DNA from: Candidatus Peribacteria bacterium RIFCSPHIGHO2_02_FULL_53_20
Lineage (GTDB): Bacteria > Patescibacteriota > Gracilibacteria > Peribacterales > Peribacteraceae
Reading direction: 5' to 3'
Assembly: GCA_001787585.1 (NCBI GenBank)
Contig: MFXW01000047.1
Coordinates: 1-42,161, forward strand
DNA: 42,161 nt
Positions 1-9,206 of this stretch are shown in pieces; positions within the stretch are counted from its first letter, which is position 1, and each line of letters opens with the position of its first letter. A model generated the notes under the pieces. The model made no database searches. It was not told the origin of the DNA and worked only from the letters and a program-made list of their open reading frames with translations. The position numbers and the translations under genes are program-made.

Positions 1-730
1 GACCTCCCACAATGCAGTACTTCACGAACGTGAGCGGGATCCAGTTTCCGAGACTCACGTCATAGAGGTATTCCAGAAATTCCAGCTGCACTCTGCGCGA
101 GAGCTTGCTTTCCCCATGCCGACGCGTGGCAAACGTGAACGGCAATTCGGAAACATGCGTCGTCTTCGGAACATGCACGAGGAGATCAAGAAGAATTTTG
201 AAGCCTTTGGGATTGAGCCGCGGAAGAACTTCTTCAAATGCCTTGCGGTCAATCGCGAAAAAACCACTCATGGGATCTTTGGCTTTCACAGCGCAAAGAG
301 AAAGCGCCATCTTTGTCGCGATCCGGCTGAGCATGTACCGACGCTCATCCCACTCTCCCACACTCCCCCCGGAAACATAGCGTGACCCGATGGCAATGCC
401 GGACCGCTGCTTCACCGCACCATGAAGTTTTTGTAGCAGTCCCGTGTCATGCTGCCCATCGGCATCCATGACCGCAAGCACATCGCCCTTCGCTGCGAGA
501 AACCCCTCGATGACCGCGGAAGAAAGACCTCTGCGACCCATGCGACGGATGACATGAACATCGCCAAGCTGCTGCGAAAGCTCTTGCGCTACTTTCCATG
601 TGCCATCCGGAGAGTCGTCGTCGACAACGATGATCTCATGGGGAACATGTGAAAGAGCAGCACGGATCTTCGGGAGAAGTTCCGGCAGATTTTCCGCTTC
701 GTTGAATGTGGGGAGAATGAGGGAGAGCAT
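1..730 (-). CDS. GT2 polyprenol-phosphate (DPM1-like) glycosyltransferase with start of a C-terminal GtrA-like domain; runs off the left edge
   Basis: Manual minus-strand translation from ATG 730 (not in the ORF track because it has no stop in the window): MLSLILPTFNEAENL...IIVVDDDSPDGT...RRGLSSAVIEG...VMDADGQHD...ELPFTFATRRHGESKL...FVKYCIVGG. These are DPM1-like motifs followed by a GtrA-type start. Confidence 0.88.
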   Translation of the reverse strand, partial: MLSLILPTFNEAENLPELLPKIRAALSHVPHEIIVVDDDSPDGTWKVAQELSQQLGDVHVIRRMGRRGLSSAVIEGFLAAKGDVLAVMDADGQHDTGLLQKLHGAVKQRSGIAIGSRYVSGGSVGEWDERRYMLSRIATKMALSLCAVKAKDPMSGFFAIDRKAFEEVLPRLNPKGFKILLDLLVHVPKTTHVSELPFTFATRRHGESKLSRRVQLEFLEYLYDVSLGNWIPLTFVKYCIVGG

Positions 731-742
731 GCCATGACATTG

Positions 743-769
743 TAGAGACGCACTGGCAGTGCGTCTCTA
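743..769. repeat. GTAG-type REP-like palindrome
   Basis: TAGAGACGCACTG-G-CAGTGCGTCTCTA: perfect 13-bp arms, beginning with GTAG at 742, between divergent genes. Confidence 0.65.
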
Positions 770-785
770 TGAAAAAACCATAATC

Positions 786-817
786 CCGTAGCGGAGGTTC
801 CTAAACCTCCGCTACGG
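786..817. repeat. Second GTAG-type REP-like palindrome
   Basis: CCGTAGCGGAGGTT-CCTA-AACCTCCGCTACGG: perfect 14-bp arms. Confidence 0.65.
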
Positions 818-825
818 TATGTGGG

Positions 826-1740
826 ATGAAAATCTTGGTCACTGGTTCATCAGGAACGATTGGCACCCGCCTCTGCGAAACGCTCCTGCAAAAAGGCTAC
901 GACGTTGCCGGTGTCGACTGGGTACCCAATAAATGGCAGCCGGCTGTGCAAAAAATCACCACGATCCTCGACCTCCGGGACAGAGAAGCTCTCATAGCGC
1001 ATAGCTCACAGCTCACAGCTGACGTGATCATCCACCTCGGCGCCAATGCCCGCGTCTATGAACTTGTGGAAGATCCTCCACGTGCGCTGGATAATTTCAT
1101 CACGCTTTTTAATACGCTGGAATTCGCACGCAACAATGGTATCAAAAAATTCTTCTTCGCTGGTTCTCGTGAAGGATATGGCAATATCCAGGTCGACAGA
1201 CTCACAGAGGACTTGGTGCGCGTCGAAAACTGCGAGAGCCCCTACACCGCAAGCAAAGTCGGCGGCGAAGCGCTCGTTCATGCCTACACACGCTGCTACG
1301 GAATTGATCATGTGATCATCCGCTTTAGTAATGTATACGGCGCCTACGACGATTCCGTCCGCGTCGTGCCCCTCTTCATCCGTCAGGCGCGCAAGAATGA
1401 AACGCTGAAAATCTTCGGCAAAGACAAATGTCTCGACTTCACCTACATCGACGACGCCGTCTCCGGCGTGATCAAGGCACTTGAAAAATTCGATGCTGTG
1501 AAAAATGACACCTATAACCTCGCATTTAGCGAAGGCACGACAATCCTGCGACTCGCGGAGATGATCATCGAACTCACGGGATCGAAGTCGAAAATTGAAC
1601 TTGGGGAGTCGCGAACGGGAGAAGTCATCCGGTATGTGGCGGATATTTCAAAGGCGAAGAAGGCCTTCGGATATGATCCCAAAACACCGTTTGCAGAAGG
1701 AGTGAAGAAGACGGTGGAGTGGTATGCCAAACATACATAG
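826..1740 (+). CDS. NAD-dependent nucleotide-sugar epimerase/dehydratase (extended SDR)
   Basis: ILVTGSSGTIG Rossmann motif, YTASK (YxxxK), RFSNVYG, DFTYIDD. Confidence 0.92.
   Translation: MKILVTGSSGTIGTRLCETLLQKGYDVAGVDWVPNKWQPAVQKITTILDLRDREALIAHSSQLTADVIIHLGANARVYELVEDPPRALDNFITLFNTLEFARNNGIKKFFFAGSREGYGNIQVDRLTEDLVRVENCESPYTASKVGGEALVHAYTRCYGIDHVIIRFSNVYGAYDDSVRVVPLFIRQARKNETLKIFGKDKCLDFTYIDDAVSGVIKALEKFDAVKNDTYNLAFSEGTTILRLAEMIIELTGSKSKIELGESRTGEVIRYVADISKAKKAFGYDPKTPFAEGVKKTVEWYAKHT
993..1020 (+). repeat. Degenerate heptamer tandem repeat inside the epimerase CDS
   Basis: CATAGCG CATAGCT CACAGCT CACAGCT, encoding the IAHSSQLTA segment. Confidence 0.55.
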
Positions 1741-1780
1741 AACAGAAGTTTCTGTTGTTAGAAATGGAGCATAGAGCAAT

Positions 1781-1808
1781 TTGACAAATATAATAAATGA
1801 ATTATAAT
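1781..1808 (+). promoter_or_regulatory. Consensus sigma70 promoter
   Basis: TTGACA (1781-1786), 16-nt spacer, TATAAT (1803-1808) in AT-rich DNA. Confidence 0.7.
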
Positions 1809-1939
1809 AATATTATAGATAAGGATCGAGAGGATGATTTGGAGATCAGAACTGCGGACATCGACGCATTTTTGGCACCACTCCTAGAAAACCGAACTTG
1901 GAGAAAACCTTGAATCCTGTACTTTCATAACTAAACCTT

Positions 1940-2194
1940 ATGACCAACAATCTTCCGACTGAAGATATTGATACTGCATTCATTGATCCGCAATTTGCGA
2001 ATGTCGTTGCAGATGCGACAATGCGACAGGCAGTGACAGCATTGCATAATGAGGGGCTTCAGGAACTGCAAAAGATTTTTGATGAAAAAATACCAAAGAA
2101 ACCAGGTGATACAAGTCCTTGCACTGATATTGCTCAAACTTTTCCAGGACATATGGCAGAGAAAGGTTGGGGATTTAGGAGAAGAAGAAAATGA
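1940..2194 (+). CDS. Hypothetical protein (84 aa), possibly truncated at its 3' junction
   Basis: AT-rich ORF downstream of the promoter. Its TGA abuts the duplicated epimerase 3' end. Confidence 0.45.
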   Translation: MTNNLPTEDIDTAFIDPQFANVVADATMRQAVTALHNEGLQELQKIFDEKIPKKPGDTSPCTDIAQTFPGHMAEKGWGFRRRRK

Positions 2195-2298
2195 AAGTGA
2201 TCCGCTACATAGCGGATATTTCGAAGGCGAAGAAAGCCTTTGGGTTTGATCCAAAAGTACCGTTTGGGGAGGGAGTGAAGAGGGCGGTGGAGTGGTAT
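2194..2298 (+). pseudogene. Orphan duplicate of the epimerase 3' end (35 codons)
   Basis: KVIRYIADISKAKKAFGFDPKVPFGEGVKRAVEWY versus EVIRYVADISKAKKAFGYDPKTPFAEGVKKTVEWY at 1621-1725. Hand count: 19 differences in 105 nt, no indels. Confidence 0.85.
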
Positions 2299-2343
2299 CA
2301 AAAAAAATGTATTAATGGCTTAATGAAACAAATGGGAAGATAC

Positions 2344-2372
2344 TTGACAAATTTGAAAAATAAATTTAAATT
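2344..2372 (+). promoter_or_regulatory. sigma70-like promoter, likely leaderless
   Basis: TTGACA (2344-2349), 17-nt spacer, TAAATT (2367-2372), then 6 nt to ATG 2379. Confidence 0.6.
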
Positions 2373-2378
2373 TGCTTT

Positions 2379-3407
2379 ATGGATAGTATTACCCCTATGG
2401 AACGCTCCACTGCGGCAAGGGGCCGACTCACCTTCGCATTCAATAACTTCGTCAATGCAGAGACCACCGACATGCGAAATGCTGCCAGACAACACACGCA
2501 TTTTGAAATATTGAATTATACGAATGATGCAATACAAACCATCCCGGGTGCGCTGCCCCTACTAGCGATGCAAGAAGCAAGCGGGGATGTACGACGACTC
2601 ATTAAAAATGTAAATGAAGTTGATGAGAACCAGACTGCGAATCAAATTTCCTTATACAGAGAGGCTGCTCGAATGGCACACCTGGAAGCAGTTGCAGAAG
2701 AAGTTAGCCACAATCGATGGGATATCCTCCTTCTCATCAACTCCTCAGGTGGAGACATCGAAGCTTCATTGTTGATTGAGACTCTCATTGCCAACCAAAA
2801 AAAGGAAGCGACAATTACCAGTCTTGCGACAACACACGCGGAGAGTAATGCGGCATATCTTTTCCAATTTGGAAAACAGCGAATTGCGAAGCCAGATACG
2901 AGATTTACATTGCACTATCCACTGATGGGAAACCAGATTGTATCTCCTGCTTCCATGCAACCAGGCATGTTACGTAATCACATTCGCGCTTCATATGCTT
3001 TCGTAGCGGATCAGGTTAGAGGAGAAAATGCCGTACTCGCATGGCAATTGGAACAAGCAGCAATAACTCCTGGCGAAGATGGAAGAGGAACGATGACATG
3101 GCAAGGACAGGAAAGTCCCGGGTATGTCACAGAATTTTTTGACGCACGATCATCTATACGTGATCAATTAGAAATTCTTGTTGGAAGAAAGGTGGATTTC
3201 CAAAATTTTCAGACAGATGTTGTTGCGCGATTTGCATTGGAATCAATCATTGAGCAGAAATTACAGACTGCAGGTTGGGATCCACAAACAACTGTTTCAT
3301 CACTCGGCGGACAATTTCATGTGCCCTACACAGGTCAAGGCACTTATATGGTGGAAGATATTATCCCAGAACTTTTTGGAGATTCGGCTCTCATAACACA
3401 CAATTGA
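2379..3407 (+). CDS. Divergent ClpP/crotonase-fold peptidase-like protein with N-terminal extension
   Basis: ILLLINSSGGDI...ITSLATTHAESNAAYL...GKQRIAKPDTRFTLHYP aligns by eye with ClpP motifs IxLxINSPGG...AASMA...RxAxPxSxxMIHQP. Confidence 0.6.
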   Translation: MDSITPMERSTAARGRLTFAFNNFVNAETTDMRNAARQHTHFEILNYTNDAIQTIPGALPLLAMQEASGDVRRLIKNVNEVDENQTANQISLYREAARMAHLEAVAEEVSHNRWDILLLINSSGGDIEASLLIETLIANQKKEATITSLATTHAESNAAYLFQFGKQRIAKPDTRFTLHYPLMGNQIVSPASMQPGMLRNHIRASYAFVADQVRGENAVLAWQLEQAAITPGEDGRGTMTWQGQESPGYVTEFFDARSSIRDQLEILVGRKVDFQNFQTDVVARFALESIIEQKLQTAGWDPQTTVSSLGGQFHVPYTGQGTYMVEDIIPELFGDSALITHN

Positions 3408-3610
3408 CACTAAAAAATTCTGAAGCCATGTCCGAAGCAGTTCCCAGTTTACAGCAGTGGTAAAAAAGACGTGGAGCGGTATAAGGCACATACACAGTTT
3501 TTCAGCGTGGTTTGCAGATATTTGTTAATATACGTTTTTATGATATAATAGTATATTCATGGGTGACGCTCTCCCCATGCTCATCACACACATCCTTTTC
3601 CACTATCCAC

Positions 3611-6600
3611 ATGAAAACCGCACACAACGCGTGTTTCAAACGTCCGGTCAGCACGATCACCATCGTCGGTCTCACGCTCGTCGCATCGGTTTCCGTACGT
3701 TTATGGCACAGTGCCGCTACGGGGCAAGTCGCCCAAAGCTGCGGGGACAGTATTACCGTTGCACCGGAGCAGTGTGACGATGGCAATTATGACGCCCGGG
3801 ACGCATGTGCAAGCTGCCGCTGGACGTTTACGTGTGGTGATCGCAGTCTTTCCAATTACGAAGAGTGTGAAGACGGCAACACAGCAGACGGTGACGGATG
3901 CAACAGTGTATGTGTAAGGGAGAATGCCCCCGCAGGGCTTTCCCTGTCTTGGAATCCAGAACCAAGTTTGCCTACGACCGGAGGGGAATTCGCCGCTACC
4001 GTTGCACTTGGGAAGATGTGGATTATTGGCGGCACAGCACCGGGAGCCGGCATCTCAGACAAAGTATTTGCATCAGCGGATGGAGCAACGTGGCCGCAGA
4101 TAGGCACACTGCCCTATAAAGTCTACGGAGCATCAGCAATCGAATGGAATGGAGAGTTGTGGGTGATCGGGGGTGCGGGCTGCGGACAGAACTGCTACTA
4201 CAAGACGACATATCACTCTTCCGACGGAATAATCTGGTTGCCGGGACCAACTCTCCCCACTACCGCCATCGCATACAATGCCCCCATCTACATATACAAT
4301 GGAACGCTTTTTGCTCCGACAAGTTCAGCGACGGGTCTCCGCAAGACATACGGTCTGGCAAATGCCTCAGCTCAATGGACCCATCTTGCTTCCTGGTACG
4401 GCGGATCGATCACCACATTCCAAAATGCCTTATGGGGAATCAGCGGACGCATGATCTCCACCTCCACAAATGGAACGAGCTGGCAGTCTGCGAGCATTTT
4501 TCCTTCCTGGCTCAGTACGGGGCGCTATGTGGTGAACCCCGGTCAGCTCGTGGCACATGGGGGATATCTTTTCGCTATCGGCAATGCGAATGATCCGAAT
4601 GCCACGATGAGGAGCCCCAACTGTTTCAAGGTGATATTGTCTTCAGTCGATGGCAGGAACTGGGGGAAAACAGCCACATCACCATGTCAAAAACCCATTG
4701 CCAATCACCAGCTTCTTTCTTTTCACGATCGTCTTTGGATGATCGGGGGAGGATTGGCATTTTCAGCCACTGTTCCAAGTAGCAATGCAGTGTGTGGCAA
4801 TGGAGCTATGGAAAGCAATGAGCAGTGTGATGATGGTAATCGAGATACTAGTGACTCTTGTAGTAACGATTGTCGGCGCTTGGGCTGCGGCGACGGTATC
4901 GTTCAAGGCGGAGAACAGTGTGATGACGGAAACCAGGTGAATACCGACACCTGTACAAATGTCTGCCAATCCGCACGATGCGGCGACGGTATCAGGCGCC
5001 CTTCCGAACAATGTGACGATCAAAATATCATCGCCGGAGATGGCTGCTCTGCTCTGTGTACCGTGGAACCGGGATTCAGCTGCACTGGGGAAACACTGAG
5101 TACCTGCGTACGGATGTGTGGTAATGGAACACTGAATTCCGGCGAAACATGCGATGACCGGAATTTCACGGGTGGTGACGGATGTTCTGCGGCATGTGGA
5201 CTGGAATTCGGCTTCACTTGTAACGGTACCCCCAGTGTGTGCACTCCTCTTCCGCAGGGAACTTGTCTTCTCAATCGTCTGGTGAGTCACTGGAAACTTG
5301 ATGAACCGATGACCAGCGGTGCTCAGTTTCACCCACGGTCGCACAAAGATAGCCACGGATCGATCTCTCTCATCGAAGAAACAAGCGACGCGGCAAACGG
5401 CATTGGGACAGGGCCTGGACAGATCAATCTGGGGCTCGGTCTCGAAACAAGCTACTCCGGTGAGCGCCTTCGCGCGGAATCCCCTCTACTGTCACTCGGA
5501 GATACTCGTACAAGCGGATTCACCTTCGCGCTGTGGATCTATCCTTCTCTACGAATGAACAACCAGTCGTACGCACAGGGAATCGCGGAGAAGCCAGGAG
5601 AATTTAAGATCGCCATGACGAATAGCAATGTTATCTTTACCGTCATGAACGGCGCGCAAAGCCAAACAGTATCAACACCAATCACGCCCATCAATGGGAC
5701 ATACAAATACTCGCTCCTGACGGTATGGATGGATCCGCAGACACAGACCATCGGTATCCAAACGGGCAGGTCTGATCTGCAGTGGAACCCTGCTGTGACC
5801 GCATCATGGAACGGAGGAATAGGAGATAGAACGCAGCCCATGAAAATCGGTGCTGTTGCCGGTCAACCGCAGTATGGAGGATCTGTGGACTCGATCAGTC
5901 TCTGGAAGCGGACACTCACATCCGAAGAGCGCAGTAAGCTTTTTGCATTCGGAGCAGGTCTCGATTATGCATCCTTCGGTCATGTATGCAGTGCGACTCC
6001 CATCTGCGGCGATGCCATCGTTCAGGTTGGTGAGCAATGTGACGAGGGCGCGATGACGGATACAGGAAGGTGTACAAGAAACTGTCGCCTGGCTGTCTGC
6101 GGTGACAGTCTCACACGCACAGGAACGGAAGAATGCGACGACGGCAACCAGGTAAATACCGATGCATGCACGACTACCTGCAAGCGAGCTGCATGCGGAG
6201 ATAGATTCATTCAGCCGGGTGAAGAATGTGATGACGGGAATACGACGGCAACCGATGCCTGCACGCGAACGTGTAGAAACGCCCGCTGTGGTGATGGAGT
6301 CGCGCGCGCCGGCGTCGAGCAATGTGATGACGGAAATGCCGTAAGTAATGATGGTTGCGACGCACAGTGCAGATTCGAAACGATGACCCGCGACCGCTGT
6401 CTGCAGAACGTCAACAAACTCTGGGATCTCGCGCGCGGATGCATCGACAAAATCCGCTGCTACGAATACAACCGCAGCACTTGCCCGTCCTTTATTCCGT
6501 CCAACTACAAACCATGCAAAGTGGTGGGACAAACGTGCGCAGACGATTTCTCCCGCAACGGCCCAGGGGCGCCGAAGCGCTGCAATCAGATGAATCAACA

Positions 6601-6907
6601 GGAATGCGGCAATCGCGATACCAACGGCAATTTATGTATCTGGAATGGGGCGGTCTGTATCGCGGCGACCTACCAGGATCGATGCCTCCCTATCCGGGAT
6701 ACCGCGCAGTGCCTGCAAAATGATTTGTGTGTCTTCGGAAAGACGCGCAGCGGTCCCTATTACACTGGCTATCCGTACTGCTCGGAAAAATATACCTGCT
6801 CAGCAATCCGCACACAGGCAAACTGCACAAACGGGTTGCGCGCCAATATCTTCGCGCGCTGCCGTTGGAGTGCGGGAGCGAACAGATGCGAGAATACACC
6901 GCGGTAA
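3611..6907 (+). CDS. Large secreted/surface protein: 10 Myxococcus-type Cys-rich (DUF4215-like) repeats, a Kelch-like region, a LamG/ConA-like domain and a Cys-rich C-terminus
   Basis: N-terminal hydrophobic segment; repeats of CG(D/N)...EqCDDGN...DgC...C; MWIIGG/LWVIGG/LWMIGG Kelch motifs; LVSHWKLDE...FTFALWI...YGGSVDSISLWKRTL LamG-type motifs. ATG 3611 preferred over TTG 3512. Confidence 0.85.
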   Translation: MKTAHNACFKRPVSTITIVGLTLVASVSVRLWHSAATGQVAQSCGDSITVAPEQCDDGNYDARDACASCRWTFTCGDRSLSNYEECEDGNTADGDGCNSVCVRENAPAGLSLSWNPEPSLPTTGGEFAATVALGKMWIIGGTAPGAGISDKVFASADGATWPQIGTLPYKVYGASAIEWNGELWVIGGAGCGQNCYYKTTYHSSDGIIWLPGPTLPTTAIAYNAPIYIYNGTLFAPTSSATGLRKTYGLANASAQWTHLASWYGGSITTFQNALWGISGRMISTSTNGTSWQSASIFPSWLSTGRYVVNPGQLVAHGGYLFAIGNANDPNATMRSPNCFKVILSSVDGRNWGKTATSPCQKPIANHQLLSFHDRLWMIGGGLAFSATVPSSNAVCGNGAMESNEQCDDGNRDTSDSCSNDCRRLGCGDGIVQGGEQCDDGNQVNTDTCTNVCQSARCGDGIRRPSEQCDDQNIIAGDGCSALCTVEPGFSCTGETLSTCVRMCGNGTLNSGETCDDRNFTGGDGCSAACGLEFGFTCNGTPSVCTPLPQGTCLLNRLVSHWKLDEPMTSGAQFHPRSHKDSHGSISLIEETSDAANGIGTGPGQINLGLGLETSYSGERLRAESPLLSLGDTRTSGFTFALWIYPSLRMNNQSYAQGIAEKPGEFKIAMTNSNVIFTVMNGAQSQTVSTPITPINGTYKYSLLTVWMDPQTQTIGIQTGRSDLQWNPAVTASWNGGIGDRTQPMKIGAVAGQPQYGGSVDSISLWKRTLTSEERSKLFAFGAGLDYASFGHVCSATPICGDAIVQVGEQCDEGAMTDTGRCTRNCRLAVCGDSLTRTGTEECDDGNQVNTDACTTTCKRAACGDRFIQPGEECDDGNTTATDACTRTCRNARCGDGVARAGVEQCDDGNAVSNDGCDAQCRFETMTRDRCLQNVNKLWDLARGCIDKIRCYEYNRSTCPSFIPSNYKPCKVVGQTCADDFSRNGPGAPKRCNQMNQQECGNRDTNGNLCIWNGAVCIAATYQDRCLPIRDTAQCLQNDLCVFGKTRSGPYYTGYPYCSEKYTCSAIRTQANCTNGLRANIFARCRWSAGANRCENTPR

Positions 6908-6924
6908 ATTTTGCTCTCGATACG

Positions 6925-8679
6925 TTATGTAGCTCTTTTACGGTCTTCTTCGCCGACCTCACTCTGTCCTTTCTCCTCGTGATACACCCGATCAGCATTC
7001 ACATTCCAGACATTAAGATTATCCGATGATCCAGCGACAATATTATCCACCGCCGTCATCGCTGTGAGCATGCTGTGATCCTGATTATTATAGCGATGCA
7101 TGCCGTTGCGACCAATGAGATAGAGATTGGGAATGGTGAGCGTGAAGTCCCGCACGACGTCGAGTTGATCGTAGCTACCGAAGTACGCAGGATACGCCTT
7201 GGGCATCCGGAGCACGCAGGCATCGAGGATGTCCGCTTTTTGGGCAAAGCCAATCTTCTCCATCTCCCCTACCCCGAGATCAATGAGATCCTTGTCGGGC
7301 ATGACCCAGAGCTTGTCCCCTTCGTTCACAAAGTACTCGAGCCCGATCCAGACGGAATTCTTGCGGTCCGCGACCATGTAGGGGCTCCAATTATTGAAAA
7401 TCTGAATGCGCCCGACATGCACGCCACCATCTTGTACGTAAATCCAGTTGTCGGGCACTGTTGATGCAGGCTTCTTCCCTGTTTCCTGCACGTGCAATTG
7501 TTTGAGGAGCAATCCAACCGTCAAAAAATCGCGATAAACCAATCCCTCGGCAACTTCGCACACCCGATCATTCGGCTTCGGATGCATCATCGTCACCAGA
7601 TGCCTTATCGGCATTGTGGAGAAGAAATAATCACACGGTATTTCTTCTGTTTCGCCGGTTTCTACATTTTCAACAGTAACAGAGACAATATTGGAAGTAT
7701 TGCGCCCTTGCGCCCTTGTGTCCTTGCGCCCTTCTTCCCATCGAAGACCAACTACTCTTCTCTTGATACGTACTTCTCCCCCGCACGCCCGTATCTGCTC
7801 CGTCACCGTCTCCCACATCTGTCCCGGACCGAACTTAGGATAGAAAAATCGGGTAATGAGACTCGTCTCGCGTTCCTCCTGGGCTTTTGTAAAATTACTC
7901 GTGAGAAGATCTTTTACAGCATGAACCACGGCTCGTTTCAGCGATAATCCCTTGATCCGTTGCGCTCCCCAGTCCGCACGAATTTGATTGCAGGGAACTC
8001 CCCAGACCTTCTCAGTGTAATCCTTGAAAAAGGTTTCATAGAGTCGCCGACCAAAACGATTGATGAAGAATGCGTCGAGGTAGGTTTCATCCTTTAGAGG
8101 GAAAAAATGGGATTTGATATAGCTGAAGCCAATGAGCATAGTGTTAAACACACCCAATCGTCTCGCAACTGTGAAGGTAATCCCGATGGGATACGGAAAG
8201 AAATTCTTATGATAGTAAATGCGACTCAGACGCGGGCGCTGGAGCATGACAAGATCGGTCTTTTCGGGATCAGGAGCTGGAAAAACCACTTGTTGCAAGT
8301 TGCAGGTTGCAGAATCGCTTTTTTGTAACCTGCAACCTGCAACCTGCAACTCTTCCGGAATGCAATCTTTGCAAAGATATCCGACGATCGCCTCCGCCGC
8401 CAAATCCACCTCATGTCCCTTCTCAATATCGTCTGCCGAAGGTGCCCCCTGACGTGGCAGAATGTTGAACCACCAATCCATCACGCGCTTGCTCTTTGAG
8501 AAAAACCTGTGCCCTCCAATGTCGATGCGATTGCCTTTGTAGTTGAACGTCTGCGCTATACCTCCGATTGCCTGCGTCGATTCCAGAACGATCGGATGAA
8601 CATCCGTACGCTTGAGCAATTCATACGCAGCAGTTAATCCCGCGGGACCGGCTCCGGCGATGATGGCGATCTTGACCAC
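6925..8679 (-). CDS. FAD-dependent oxidoreductase (UDP-galactopyranose-mutase/protoporphyrinogen-oxidase-like family found in glycan clusters)
   Basis: [48 protein letters not shown]. Confidence 0.88.
   Translation of the reverse strand: MVKIAIIAGAGPAGLTAAYELLKRTDVHPIVLESTQAIGGIAQTFNYKGNRIDIGGHRFFSKSKRVMDWWFNILPRQGAPSADDIEKGHEVDLAAEAIVGYLCKDCIPEELQVAGCRLQKSDSATCNLQQVVFPAPDPEKTDLVMLQRPRLSRIYYHKNFFPYPIGITFTVARRLGVFNTMLIGFSYIKSHFFPLKDETYLDAFFINRFGRRLYETFFKDYTEKVWGVPCNQIRADWGAQRIKGLSLKRAVVHAVKDLLTSNFTKAQEERETSLITRFFYPKFGPGQMWETVTEQIRACGGEVRIKRRVVGLRWEEGRKDTRAQGRNTSNIVSVTVENVETGETEEIPCDYFFSTMPIRHLVTMMHPKPNDRVCEVAEGLVYRDFLTVGLLLKQLHVQETGKKPASTVPDNWIYVQDGGVHVGRIQIFNNWSPYMVADRKNSVWIGLEYFVNEGDKLWVMPDKDLIDLGVGEMEKIGFAQKADILDACVLRMPKAYPAYFGSYDQLDVVRDFTLTIPNLYLIGRNGMHRYNNQDHSMLTAMTAVDNIVAGSSDNLNVWNVNADRVYHEEKGQSEVGEEDRKRAT
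7700..7731. repeat. Octamer tandem repeat inside the oxidoreductase CDS
   Basis: TTGCGCCC TTGCGCCC TTGTGTCC TTGCGCCC, encoding [10 protein letters not shown] on the minus strand. Confidence 0.6.
8292..8350. repeat. Heptamer-array hairpin element, intragenic in-frame copy
   Basis: (GTTGCAR)x3-AATCGCTTTT-(YTGYAAC)x4. Confidence 0.85.
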
Positions 8680-8697
8680 AGGAAAAGCTTACAGGTT

Positions 8698-9102
8698 TTA
8701 ATGAAATACGTAGATTTTTCGCATGCCAAAATTCCATAGGAGTACCAGCACCTGCGAAACCATCTTCGCTACGACTTCATGCATTCCCAAGATGTCGATC
8801 ATGATATAGAGAAGAAGCCACGTCCAAAGAAGACCTCCGACGGCAATGCCAAAGACAATCAGAAGCTCCTTGTGCCGTACGTGCTTGCTTGCCTTAAAGA
8901 CCCAAAGCACGCTGAGAAGATGATTCCAGACGAGCCCGAGCATATATCCCACAAACGCGGCGATTGCATAGTGCAGATCGAACGCGGTGACGAGGATTGT
9001 GTATGCGACGAGATCGACAACGGCTGAGCTGCCACCGACGAAAAAATAGCGGAAGAACTGCACATGAGCGGATTGGGTCCGACCGAAAACAAGGTGACGC
9101 AC
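8698..9102 (-). CDS. GtrA family membrane protein
   Basis: QFFRYFFVGG, about four hydrophobic helices, WVF, and C-terminal WNFGMRKIYVF. Confidence 0.9.
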   Translation of the reverse strand: MRHLVFGRTQSAHVQFFRYFFVGGSSAVVDLVAYTILVTAFDLHYAIAAFVGYMLGLVWNHLLSVLWVFKASKHVRHKELLIVFGIAVGGLLWTWLLLYIMIDILGMHEVVAKMVSQVLVLLWNFGMRKIYVFH

Positions 9103-9115
9103 GCGGGAAACTCTA

Positions 9116-9188
9116 GGCAGGAAAGCTTAGAAAGGCAAAAACGTTTCTGCCCTTTCTGCCTTTCCTGCCCTTTCTTACCTTCCTGCCC
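9116..9188. repeat. Degenerate 9-mer repeat array with an inverted arm, between divergent genes
   Basis: GGCAGGAAA GCTTAGAAA GGCAAAAA followed by TTTCTGCCC TTTCTGCCT TTCCTGCCC TTTCTTACC TTCCTGCCC. Confidence 0.6.
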
Positions 9189-9206
9189 CTCCCCTACACT
9201 CTTCCT

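Noticed and set aside
1621-2298. Duplicated 3' end as a DGR template/variable repeat pair
   Set aside because: The differences are not adenine-specific (C/G, T/C and C/T changes occur) and many are synonymous. No reverse transcriptase is in the window.
2191-2514. 107-aa ORF as a real gene
   Set aside because: It is the duplicated epimerase tail reading through a promoter and overlapping the 2379 gene in another frame.
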